Shown here piece after piece: positions 56,102 to 64,000 of a DNA stretch of 64,000 bases. Each line of letters opens with the position of its first letter. Position 1 is the first letter of the stretch. The stretch comes from an uncultured Alphaproteobacteria bacterium (GTDB lineage: Bacteria; Pseudomonadota; Alphaproteobacteria; Rhizobiales; CAWCWK01). Below the pieces are notes generated by a model that was given only the letters and a program-made list of their open reading frames with translations, was not told where the DNA came from and did no database searches. The stretch lies in contig CAWJFE010000005.1 in assembly GCA_963842125.1 (NCBI GenBank), positions 1,665,356-1,729,355 of the forward strand, in the 5' to 3' direction. The position numbers and the translations under genes are program-made.

Positions 56102-56998
56102 ATGAGAACGATGCAGATGGCGGTCTTTGGCGTGGCGCTGGTCTCTGGCGCAGGCGTCGCGCTCTTGCTGGCGACGGGCGGCGAAGACGCTCCCCAGCAA
56201 GTTATCGTCGAAGCCGCGCCGCAGCTGGAGACAGAGCAAGTGCTCGTCGCCGCCGGTGACATCGGTGTAGGCCGCACCCTCACCTCCGTGGACCTGACCT
56301 GGAAGGAATGGCCCCGCGAAGCCGCCTCCCAGTTCATCACCCGGTCCGCATCGCCAGGCGCGATCGAGGATATCGAGCGCGCGATCGTCCGCACGCCCTT
56401 CTATATGGGCGAGCCGATTCGCGAGCAGAAGATCGTTCGGGCCGACGGGTCGGGCTACATGTCTGCGATCCTGCCCCGCGGCATGCTCGCCGTCGCCATC
56501 GACATCGATCCGACGCGCAGTGCCGGCGGCTTCGTGCTGCCGAACGACCGCGTCGACATCATCCTCACCCAGTCCTCCGACAGCGACGATGGCGGCCCCG
56601 ACTACGTCAGTCGCACCATCCTCGAGAACGTGCGCGTGCTCGCCATCGACCAGTCGGTCGAGGACAGCGGCGACGGCGATAAAGTCGTGATCGGCGAGAC
56701 GGCGACCGTGGAGCTCGATCGCAGCCAAGCCGAAGCGCTTTCGAGCGCGTCCGAGATCGGGCAGTTGCAGCTCGCCCTTCGAAGCCTTGCCGATTCCAAC
56801 GGCCCGCTCGGCTCCGGTCCCCGCCTCGCCTCGGGTGGCTCCGACACCGTGACCATGGTCCGCTTTGGACGTGCCGTACAGGTGACCGCGCGCCAGCCGA
56901 AGGGTCAGTCCGCGCGCCCCGTCCAGCCAGCCGCTAGCCCGGCCGTGATCGAGGTCCCCATCGCGGACGTCACGATGGAAGAAGGAGCGGACCAGTGA
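56102..56998 (+). CDS. cpaB: Flp pilus assembly protein CpaB
   Basis: Start re-placed at ATG 56102 (MRTMQMAVFGVALVSGAGVALLL..., 298 aa). SAF/RcpC-like region. Confidence 0.85.
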   Translation: MRTMQMAVFGVALVSGAGVALLLATGGEDAPQQVIVEAAPQLETEQVLVAAGDIGVGRTLTSVDLTWKEWPREAASQFITRSASPGAIEDIERAIVRTPFYMGEPIREQKIVRADGSGYMSAILPRGMLAVAIDIDPTRSAGGFVLPNDRVDIILTQSSDSDDGGPDYVSRTILENVRVLAIDQSVEDSGDGDKVVIGETATVELDRSQAEALSSASEIGQLQLALRSLADSNGPLGSGPRLASGGSDTVTMVRFGRAVQVTARQPKGQSARPVQPAASPAVIEVPIADVTMEEGADQ

Positions 56999-58506
56999 AC
57001 AAGGATTCCGTCGCCATGACACCTCGCTCTACACCCCGCTCTCGCCAACGTGGCCTTCGTGCCACCGTCGCCGTCCTCGCGCTCGCGCTGGCCGCCGGTG
57101 GGCTCGACGCCGCGGCGCCCGCGATCGCCGTCGCCCAAGGCTATGACGACATCGTCTCGCTCGACATGCACGAACTCGGCGCGATCCGCGACATCCGCCT
57201 CGCGGTCAACAAGTCGCTGGTCGTCGATCTGCCGGTGGATGTGAAGGACGTACTCGTCTCCGGGCCGAGCGTCGCCGACGCGGTGCTGAAGTCGACCCGC
57301 AAGGCCTTCATCATCGGCGGCGAGATCGGCCAGACGAATGTCTTCTTCTTCGACGCCGTTGGAGATCCGGTGCTGACGCTGAACATCTCGGTCGAGCCCG
57401 ACTTCGAGACGCTACAACTCACCATGGACCGCCTTCTCCCCAACGCCGATGTGCGTATTGAGGGCATGAACAAGGGCCTGGCGCTCTATGGCGAAGTGTC
57501 GGACGCGAGCGAGGCCAAGCGGGCCGTCGATCTGGCCGCCGCCTTCATGAGCAGCGACGGAGCGCCTGACCCGACGAGCGTGGTCAACATGCTCACGATT
57601 CGCGCGGGCGAGCAGGTGATGGTGAAGGTCACCATCGCCGAGGTGGAGCGCACCACCGTCAAGCAGCTCGGAATCAATCTCGGTGGCCAGCTCTCGATCG
57701 GCAATACGGTACTTGGCTACAATCACACGCCGCCCTTCAACACCAACAAGCTGCCGACGAGCAGCGCCAACCTCCTCGCCGACAAAGGTTGCAGCATCGT
57801 CGCCGGCGCCATCGGCGGCATCGGCCAGGTCGGATGTTCCTTCCTCGACACCACGGTTCGGGCGCTCGAGGAATCCGGGCTGCTGCGAACTCTGGCCGAG
57901 CCGACACTGACGGCTGTCTCCGGCGAATCGGCGAGCTTCCTCGTCGGCGGCGAGTTTCCCGTCGCGGCCGGCTTCGAAGACGGCAAGATCTCGATCGAGT
58001 TCAAATCCTACGGCGTCAGCCTCTCCATGACGCCGATCGTGCTGGGCGAAGGGCTCATCAGCCTCAAGGTCACGACCGAAGTCTCGGAGTTGACCGAGGA
58101 CGGATCGATCTTCGTCGCGCAGGGCGTCAGCATTCCGGGCCTCAACGTGCGCCGGGCCGATTCGACGGTGGAGCTGCCGAGCGGCGGCACCATCGCGCTG
58201 GCCGGCTTGCTGCAGGACAACGTCAAGCAGGTCATCTCGGGTATCCCAGGCGTGATGAAGCTGCCGATCCTCGGCTCCCTCTTCCAGAGCCGTCAGTATC
58301 AGCGCGGCCAGAGCGAGCTCGTGATCCTCGTGACGCCGTTCATCGCCCAGCACAACTCGCGCGAGGCGTTCTCGCAGCCGGACGACGGGTTGGAGATCGC
58401 CGGCGATGCCGAGTCGATCTTCCTCGGTCGCCTGCACAAGGTCTACGGCACGACCGCCGCGCCGTCCGGTCCCTATCGCGGCCATTTCGGCTTCATCAAC
58501 GACTAG
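56995..58506 (+). CDS. cpaC: Tad secretin CpaC (type II/III secretion system secretin family)
   Basis: 503 aa with a GTGA overlap with cpaB. Secretin C-domain (TLAEPTLTAVSGESASFLVGGEFP..., IPGVMKLPILGSLF). Confidence 0.9.
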   Translation: MNKDSVAMTPRSTPRSRQRGLRATVAVLALALAAGGLDAAAPAIAVAQGYDDIVSLDMHELGAIRDIRLAVNKSLVVDLPVDVKDVLVSGPSVADAVLKSTRKAFIIGGEIGQTNVFFFDAVGDPVLTLNISVEPDFETLQLTMDRLLPNADVRIEGMNKGLALYGEVSDASEAKRAVDLAAAFMSSDGAPDPTSVVNMLTIRAGEQVMVKVTIAEVERTTVKQLGINLGGQLSIGNTVLGYNHTPPFNTNKLPTSSANLLADKGCSIVAGAIGGIGQVGCSFLDTTVRALEESGLLRTLAEPTLTAVSGESASFLVGGEFPVAAGFEDGKISIEFKSYGVSLSMTPIVLGEGLISLKVTTEVSELTEDGSIFVAQGVSIPGLNVRRADSTVELPSGGTIALAGLLQDNVKQVISGIPGVMKLPILGSLFQSRQYQRGQSELVILVTPFIAQHNSREAFSQPDDGLEIAGDAESIFLGRLHKVYGTTAAPSGPYRGHFGFIND

Positions 58507-58522
58507 GTGAGGCGCGAGATCG

Positions 58523-59317
58523 ATGTTCGCTTCGCCGCCCTCGCCTGCCCTTCCGTACGCCAACTCTCCGGAGCACGCTGACATGTTCGAGTCCTTCCTG
58601 CCAGCCGACCGGACCGGCCCTCTCCGCCCAAGCCGGCTCGTCGTGCTCGCTGCCATCGGCCTTACGCTCGCTGGCTGCAACACGGCGCATAACTCGGTCG
58701 CGAGTTTCGAGGCCGCCGCCGCCGACGATTACCGGCTGCGCCACCCCATCAAGGTCGCGCCGGCACCGCTGACGCTTGCGCTCGACATCCACAACGGCGC
58801 CAAGGGGTTGACCTCCGAGCAGGTCTCGTCGGTTCACGCCTTCGCGCGCGGCTACCGCAGCAGCGGCTCCGGTCCGATGGTGCTCTCGGTCCCCGCGGGT
58901 GCCGGCAACGCCGTTGCGCTCGACCATGCGGCGCAAAGCGTTCACGCGACGCTCGCCAAGGCCGGCGTCGGCTATGTCGACATCCAGCATGTCGACGCCG
59001 GGCGCCACGGTGCGTCCTCGCTCTCCCTTACCTACTACGCCGTGGGTGCGCGAGTGGACAGCTGCGGGCGGTGGCCGGCGGACGCCGCGATCACCGGCAA
59101 CGTATCCAACCGGTCCTACCACAATTTCGGCTGCGCGACGCAGCGCAACTTCGCCGCCATGGTCGCCAATCCGCACGATCTCCAGCGTCCCCGTGCCCTT
59201 GGGCACACCAGCGCGACCCGCCGCGTGGACGTTCTGACCAAGTACGGTAAGGCCGAAGCAACCACGACGGCCTACGACACATCGAACCAAGTCAGCGCGA
59301 GCAGCGTCGGCAACTGA
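58523..59317 (+). CDS. cpaD: pilus assembly lipoprotein CpaD
   Basis: 264 aa (alternative ATG at 58583) with lipobox LTLAGC. CpaD-like body with the conserved late Cys pair (CGRWP...FGC). Confidence 0.75.
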   Translation: MFASPPSPALPYANSPEHADMFESFLPADRTGPLRPSRLVVLAAIGLTLAGCNTAHNSVASFEAAAADDYRLRHPIKVAPAPLTLALDIHNGAKGLTSEQVSSVHAFARGYRSSGSGPMVLSVPAGAGNAVALDHAAQSVHATLAKAGVGYVDIQHVDAGRHGASSLSLTYYAVGARVDSCGRWPADAAITGNVSNRSYHNFGCATQRNFAAMVANPHDLQRPRALGHTSATRRVDVLTKYGKAEATTTAYDTSNQVSASSVGN

Positions 59318-59360
59318 TGCCGACGCCCGTACCGACGCCGACCCTCGGGGGATCCCACTG

Positions 59361-60620
59361 ATGAACGCACACGCGCTTGCTCCGGACTTGGCCGAAGACG
59401 CCGCCGCCCTGATCGCGCCTCTCCCCCGGGTCTCCATTCAGGCCTTCTGCGAGACGGCCGAAGTCTCGGCCGGCCTCGAGGAGGTGTCCCGCGACCGGCG
59501 GATGAACAAGACGCATTTCCAGTCCCACATGGGTGGGATCAAGGCGGCGATCGAGTTCTACGAGAGCGCGCCGACGCCCAACGTCATCATCATCGAGAGC
59601 CAGGCGAATGCCGGCGCGCTCCTCGGTGATCTCGAAACGCTGGCCGAGTGCTGCGATGCCGGCACGCAGGTCGTCGTCATCGGTCACACCAACGACATTC
59701 CCCTCTATCGCGAGCTGACGCGGCGTGGCGTGAGCGAGTATCTCGTCGCACCCATCGATACGATCCCGATGCTCGGCGCGCTATCCGGTCTTTTCAACAA
59801 GGAGAACGCCGCACCGCTCGGCCGGGTGATCGCCTTCGTCGGTGCCAAGGGAGGCGTCGGGGCGTCCACGATCGCGCACAATTGCGCTTGGACGATCTCG
59901 AACGATCTCGAACTCGATACCATCATCGTCGATCTCGACCTGCCCTTCGGCACGGCCGGCCTCGACTTCAACCAGGACCCCCCGCAGGGCGTGGCCGAGG
60001 CCGTGTTCTCACCGGATCGTCTGGACGACGTGCTGCTGGACCGCCTGCTGTCGAAATGCTCCGAACGCCTCAGCCTCCTGGCATCCCCGGCGACACTCGA
60101 CCGTCCCTACGACATCGACGAATCGGGCTTCGAAGGTCTCTTCGATCTCCTCCGCGCCACCGTGCCCTGCATCGTCCTCGACGTGCCTCATGTGTGGAAT
60201 GCGTGGACGCAAAGCGTGCTCGCCGCCGCGGACGAGGTGGTCGTCGTCGCGGCGCCCGACCTGGCGAACCTGCGCAACGCGAAGAACCTCGTCGACGTGC
60301 TTACCGCCGGCCGGCCCAACGACGCCCCTGCGCGTCTGCTGCTGAACGGTTTCGGGCTCGCGAAGCGGCCGGAGATCAAGCCTAGCGACTTCAAGGCAGC
60401 CGTCGGGCTGGAGCCCTTCGCCGTCTTGCCCTTCGACGCCGCGCTCTTCGGAACGGCCGCCAACAACGGCCAGATGATCGCGGAAGTGCAGGCCAACGCT
60501 CCCCACGCGGAGACCTTCGCCGACCTCTCCCGTACGCTTCTTGGCAAGGCCGAGGTGAAGAAGTCGCGCAAGAGCAGCCTCTCGCCGATCCTCTCCCGCT
60601 TCACGCTTCGCAAGTCCTAG
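59361..60620 (+). CDS. cpaE: CpaE/TadZ pilus assembly ATPase-like protein (MinD/ParA family with N-terminal receiver-like domain)
   Basis: 419 aa with deviant Walker A GAKGGVGAST. Confidence 0.85.
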   Translation: MNAHALAPDLAEDAAALIAPLPRVSIQAFCETAEVSAGLEEVSRDRRMNKTHFQSHMGGIKAAIEFYESAPTPNVIIIESQANAGALLGDLETLAECCDAGTQVVVIGHTNDIPLYRELTRRGVSEYLVAPIDTIPMLGALSGLFNKENAAPLGRVIAFVGAKGGVGASTIAHNCAWTISNDLELDTIIVDLDLPFGTAGLDFNQDPPQGVAEAVFSPDRLDDVLLDRLLSKCSERLSLLASPATLDRPYDIDESGFEGLFDLLRATVPCIVLDVPHVWNAWTQSVLAAADEVVVVAAPDLANLRNAKNLVDVLTAGRPNDAPARLLLNGFGLAKRPEIKPSDFKAAVGLEPFAVLPFDAALFGTAANNGQMIAEVQANAPHAETFADLSRTLLGKAEVKKSRKSSLSPILSRFTLRKS

Positions 60621-60705
60621 CGACGCGTCGGCCGACCCACCACGCCATCGGGTGGCCCGAGCCGGCCGCTCAACGAGACCAGACACCTGATCGGAAACGA
60701 GCGCC

Positions 60706-62217
60706 ATGTTCGGAAAACGCGGACCAACGAGCGATACGCCGCCTCCCCCGGCCCCGAAGGTCGTCTCCAATGCGTTGAAGACTATCGACGCGCCCTCGCC
60801 GTCCAAACCTCCGGCGCCGAAGCCCGCGCCCGAAGCCGCCGCCGCGCCAAAGCCTTCGCCGAAGGCCGCGCCGAAGCCTGAGGCGGCGAAGCGCCCCATC
60901 GCGATCGAGGAGCCGCCGGAGAGAAAGAAGTCGGCCGACTATTACGAGACGAAGACGACGATCTTCGGCACCCTTCTCGAAGCCATCGATCTCAGCCAGC
61001 TCGCCCGGCTGGACGCCGAGGCGGCGCGCGAGGAAATTCGCGACATCGTCGGCGAGATCATCGGCTACAAGAACATCGCTCTGTCTATCGCGGAGCAGGA
61101 AGAACTGCTCGCCGACATCTGCAACGACGTTCTGGGCTACGGCCCGCTGGAGCCTCTGCTGGCGCGGGACGACATTGCCGACGTGATGGTGAACGGTGCC
61201 GACACCGTCTACATCGAGGTCGACGGCAAGATGCGCCAGACGGGCGTGCGCTTTCGCGACAATGCGCAACTGATGAACATCTGCCAGCGCATCGTCAGCC
61301 AGGTCGGCCGCCGGGTCGATGAAAGCTCGCCGATCTGCGACGCGCGCCTGCCCGACGGCTCGCGCGTCAACGTCATCGCGCCGCCGCTCGCCATCGACGG
61401 GCCGACGCTGACCATCCGCAAGTTCAAGAAGGACAAGCTGACGCTCGAGCAGCTCGTCAAGTACGGTTCCATCTCGGCCGAGGGCTCAGAGGTGCTGCGC
61501 ATCATCGGCAAAGCGCGCTGCAATGTGCTGATCTCGGGGGGTACCGGTTCGGGCAAGACGACGCTTCTCAACTGCATGACGGCGAGCATCGACTCGACCG
61601 AGCGAATCATCACCTGCGAGGACGCGGCCGAGCTTCAGCTGCAGCAGCCGCACGTCGTCCGGCTGGAGACCCGCCCTGCCAACCTCGAAGGCGAGGGCGA
61701 GATCACGATGCGCGATCTCGTCAAGAACTGCCTGCGTATGCGGCCCGAGCGGATCATCGTCGGCGAGGTTCGCGGCCCGGAGGCGTTCGATCTCCTCCAG
61801 GCCATGAACACCGGCCACGACGGCTCGATGGGTACGGTCCACGCCAACAGCCCGCGCGAGGCCATCTCGCGCCTCGAATCGATGATCACGATGGGTGGCT
61901 ATTCTCTGCCCGCCAAGACGATCCGCGAGATGATCGTCGGGTCGATCGACGTCATCATCCAGGCGGCCCGCCTGCGCGACGGCTCTCGGCGTATCACCCA
62001 CGTGACCGAAGTCATCGGCATGGAGGGCGAGGTGGTCACGACGCAGGACGTCTTCCTCTACGACATGTACGGCGAGGACGACGACGGGAACATTCTCGGC
62101 CGGCATCGCTCGACAGGAATCGGTCAGCCCCGCTTCGCCGAGCGCGCACGGTATTTCGGTGAAGCCGAAGCCCTCGGCGCCGCGCTCGACGCCGCCGAAA
62201 TCGCCGACGACCGCTAG
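60706..62217 (+). CDS. cpaF: CpaF/TadA secretion ATPase
   Basis: 503 aa with Walker [10 protein letters not shown], an Asp box and a His box. The N-terminal ~90 aa is a Pro/Ala/Lys-rich low-complexity region. Confidence 0.95.
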   Translation: MFGKRGPTSDTPPPPAPKVVSNALKTIDAPSPSKPPAPKPAPEAAAAPKPSPKAAPKPEAAKRPIAIEEPPERKKSADYYETKTTIFGTLLEAIDLSQLARLDAEAAREEIRDIVGEIIGYKNIALSIAEQEELLADICNDVLGYGPLEPLLARDDIADVMVNGADTVYIEVDGKMRQTGVRFRDNAQLMNICQRIVSQVGRRVDESSPICDARLPDGSRVNVIAPPLAIDGPTLTIRKFKKDKLTLEQLVKYGSISAEGSEVLRIIGKARCNVLISGGTGSGKTTLLNCMTASIDSTERIITCEDAAELQLQQPHVVRLETRPANLEGEGEITMRDLVKNCLRMRPERIIVGEVRGPEAFDLLQAMNTGHDGSMGTVHANSPREAISRLESMITMGGYSLPAKTIREMIVGSIDVIIQAARLRDGSRRITHVTEVIGMEGEVVTTQDVFLYDMYGEDDDGNILGRHRSTGIGQPRFAERARYFGEAEALGAALDAAEIADDR

Positions 62218-62228
62218 GAGGGCGAACG

Positions 62229-63203
62229 ATGGAGTCCAATACGATCATCATCGCCGGCCTCGCGGCGCTCTGCATGGGCGGCCTCGCCTATGGACTTCTC
62301 TACGACCGGATCTCGACGGAGAGCACGCGCGAGAAACGGCTCGGCACGATCCGCAAGACAGCGCCCAAAGCTGCCAGCGGCGCGAACCAGAAGAAGGATC
62401 GCCGCAGCAAGATCCAGTCGGCCGTAGAAGGCATCGAGAAGCAGCAGAAGAGCGAAGGCAAGCTGACCTTCGAGCGCCGGTTGCAGCAGGCTGGTCTCGA
62501 GTGGTCGAAGACGATGTACGCGTTGGTCAGCATCGTCTGCGGTCTCGTCGCGGGCGCCTGTGTGCTGGCGGCCGGCGGTGGTTTCGTCGTCGCGCTCATC
62601 GCTGTCGTGGGTGGCTTCCTCGTGCTGCCGCGCCTCTACGTGAACCGCTGCCGCAAGAAGCGGATCGCGGCCTTCCTCAACGAGTTGCCGAACGCGGTCG
62701 ACGTCATCGTGCGCGGCATCAAGGCGGGCCTGCCGCTCAACGACTGCATCCACATCGTCTCGAGAGAATCGGCCGAGCCGGTGCGCAGCGAGTTCGCCAA
62801 GGTCGTCGAGGCGCAGTCTGCCGGCATCACCATTCCTGCTGCCGTCGAGCGCATGTACTACCGCGTTCCGCTGGCCGAGACGAACTTTCTCTCCATCGTC
62901 ATTACCTTGCAGTCGAAGGCCGGCGGCTCGATGTCCGAAGCGCTCGGCAATCTCTCCGGCGTGCTACGCGACCGCAAGAAGATGCGGGGCAAGATCCAGG
63001 CGATGTCGATGGAGGCCAAGGCCTCGGCCGGCGTCATCGGCTCTTTGCCCATCGTCGTGATGAGCCTCGTCTACATCGTGGCACCAGACTACATGGTGAC
63101 GCTTTTCGTCGAACCTCTCGGCAACATCCTTCTCGCCGGCGCGGGCGTGTGGATGATGATCGGCGTCTTCGTCATGAAGGGCATGATCAACTTCGACTTC
63201 TAG
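62229..63203 (+). CDS. tadB: type II secretion system F family protein TadB
   Basis: 324 aa with AGGAGGG upstream of the ATG and a GspF-like membrane topology. Confidence 0.85.
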   Translation: MESNTIIIAGLAALCMGGLAYGLLYDRISTESTREKRLGTIRKTAPKAASGANQKKDRRSKIQSAVEGIEKQQKSEGKLTFERRLQQAGLEWSKTMYALVSIVCGLVAGACVLAAGGGFVVALIAVVGGFLVLPRLYVNRCRKKRIAAFLNELPNAVDVIVRGIKAGLPLNDCIHIVSRESAEPVRSEFAKVVEAQSAGITIPAAVERMYYRVPLAETNFLSIVITLQSKAGGSMSEALGNLSGVLRDRKKMRGKIQAMSMEAKASAGVIGSLPIVVMSLVYIVAPDYMVTLFVEPLGNILLAGAGVWMMIGVFVMKGMINFDF

Positions 63204-63263
63204 GGCTTCGGCCGGCGGCCCGGGTGCCTCGGCGCTCTTGGTCGCCGCCGCGAAAGGCAAACC

Positions 63264-64000
63264 ATGGTGTTCCTCCAAGGCCTTGGCGACAATCAAGGCA
63301 TTCTCTTCATACTCGTGATGGTCTGCGTCGCGTCGCTCGTCTTCATACTGGCCGCGCCGCTTCTCACCCGCGACAAGCTCCAGCAGCGCATGAAGGCCGT
63401 GTCCGTCGAGCGGGCCCGCATCCGCGAACGCGAGCGCGGCCGGATGGAAAAGAACCACAAGCCGATCAGCTTGCGGAGCGAGCCGCGCGCCTACATGAAA
63501 CGCGTCGTCGACGAGTTCAATCTGCGCGACAAGCTGATGGGCGCCGACACGCGCGACAAGCTCATCGGCGCCGGCTACCGCGCCGATTCCCACGTCATCA
63601 CCTATCTCTTCGCCCGCGTGGTCATGCCGGTCGTGCTCGGCTTCGCCTCGGCGTTCTACATCTTCACGACCGGCTTACTGAGCGGCTACCCGGTGCTGGT
63701 CTCGGTCGGCGCCGTACTCGTCATCGCCTATATCGGTCACTACGCGCCCAACATCTGGATCTCGAACGCGACCTCCAAGCGTCAGCTGTCCATCCGCCGC
63801 GCCTGGCCGGACGCGCTCGACCTCCTGCGGATCTGCGTGGAATCGGGCGCCTCCATCGAAGCCGCTTTTCGCAAGGTGTCGGAGGAGATCGGCATCCAGT
63901 CGATCGCGCTGGCGGAGGAAATGGCTCTCACGACGGCCGAACTCTCCTACCTCTCCGAGCGCCGCAAGGCCTACGAAAACCTTGGCAAGCGCACCGATGT
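63264..64000 (+). CDS. tadC: type II secretion system F family protein TadC (3' end outside the window)
   Basis: Not in the ORF track (no stop before the window end). My translation from ATG 63264 is MVFLQGLGDNQGILFILVMVCVASLVFILAAPLL...RRAWPDALDLLRICVESGASIEAAFRKVSEEI..., which is GspF/TadC-like. Confidence 0.8.
   Translation, partial: MVFLQGLGDNQGILFILVMVCVASLVFILAAPLLTRDKLQQRMKAVSVERARIRERERGRMEKNHKPISLRSEPRAYMKRVVDEFNLRDKLMGADTRDKLIGAGYRADSHVITYLFARVVMPVVLGFASAFYIFTTGLLSGYPVLVSVGAVLVIAYIGHYAPNIWISNATSKRQLSIRRAWPDALDLLRICVESGASIEAAFRKVSEEIGIQSIALAEEMALTTAELSYLSERRKAYENLGKRTD

Noticed and set aside
60706-61000. Pro/Ala/Lys-rich N-terminal extension of CpaF as a possible fused domain
   Set aside because: It is low-complexity and disordered-looking ([27 protein letters not shown]). 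Variable N-terminal tails are common in CpaF/TadA ATPases, so there is no evidence of a distinct domain.
1-64000. Scan for CRISPR arrays, tRNA/rRNA genes, transposases, integrases, prophage or known defence-system genes, and toxin-antitoxin pairs
   Set aside because: None seen. All intergenic regions are under about 410 bp and were read individually. No direct-repeat/spacer periodicity or cloverleaf-like segments were noticed, and no ORF had recombinase or nuclease hallmarks.

Overview
GC-rich chromosomal segment (about two-thirds G+C by eye, not computed). Gene content and layout fit an alphaproteobacterium, probably Hyphomicrobiales/Rhizobiales-like: ctrA/chpT, a DUF1134 EipA-like gene, ccmFGHI and a cpa/tad pilus locus. 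The high GC produces many long spurious ORFs on both strands. I chose genes by recognisable protein families, catalytic motifs and operon architecture (many ATGA/GTGA start-stop overlaps), and I re-placed several starts inside over-long track ORFs. About 65 protein genes are supportable.

Left to right:
- a truncated MobA-like NTP-transferase gene
- a denD-otnK-otnC four-carbon acid-sugar cluster
- a YhiN-type flavoprotein and a Bcr/CflA MFS pump
- a TerB/DUF533 protein and a GT2 glycosyltransferase
- putA with divergent putR
- a minus-strand array: DUF2848, TRAP dctMQP (dctP frameshifted), UPF0317 hydro-lyase, LysR and a three-subunit xanthine-dehydrogenase-family enzyme
- an FAH-family gene and yghU
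- a second TRAP system with a DHDPS-family lyase and a divergent Gfo/Idh/MocA oxidoreductase
- an L,D-transpeptidase and a P450
- an unusually consolidated modABC-moeBA-moaCBED-(small lipoprotein)-moaA operon
- ccmFGHI
- a coiled-coil membrane protein, an EipA-like protein, a YHS protein and cysQ
- chpT, a pseudo-receiver and ctrA
- fliIJ, then nfeD and an SPFH gene
- a complete Flp/Tad pilus locus (tadC runs off the window end)

I saw no rRNA, tRNA, CRISPR, transposase, integrase, phage or recognisable defence genes. I do not see convincing evidence for a wholly new multi-gene system. The best second-look items are:
- the function-unknown hydro-lyase/TRAP/DUF2848 array next to a molybdo-hydroxylase
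- a 108-nt CTAG-bounded repeat, one copy of which fills the ctrA 3' region
- an Asp-less receiver protein between chpT and ctrA
- shared TTAAC-containing motifs upstream of ctrA, fliI, flp and cpaB
- a 60-codon lipoprotein gene embedded in the Moco operon
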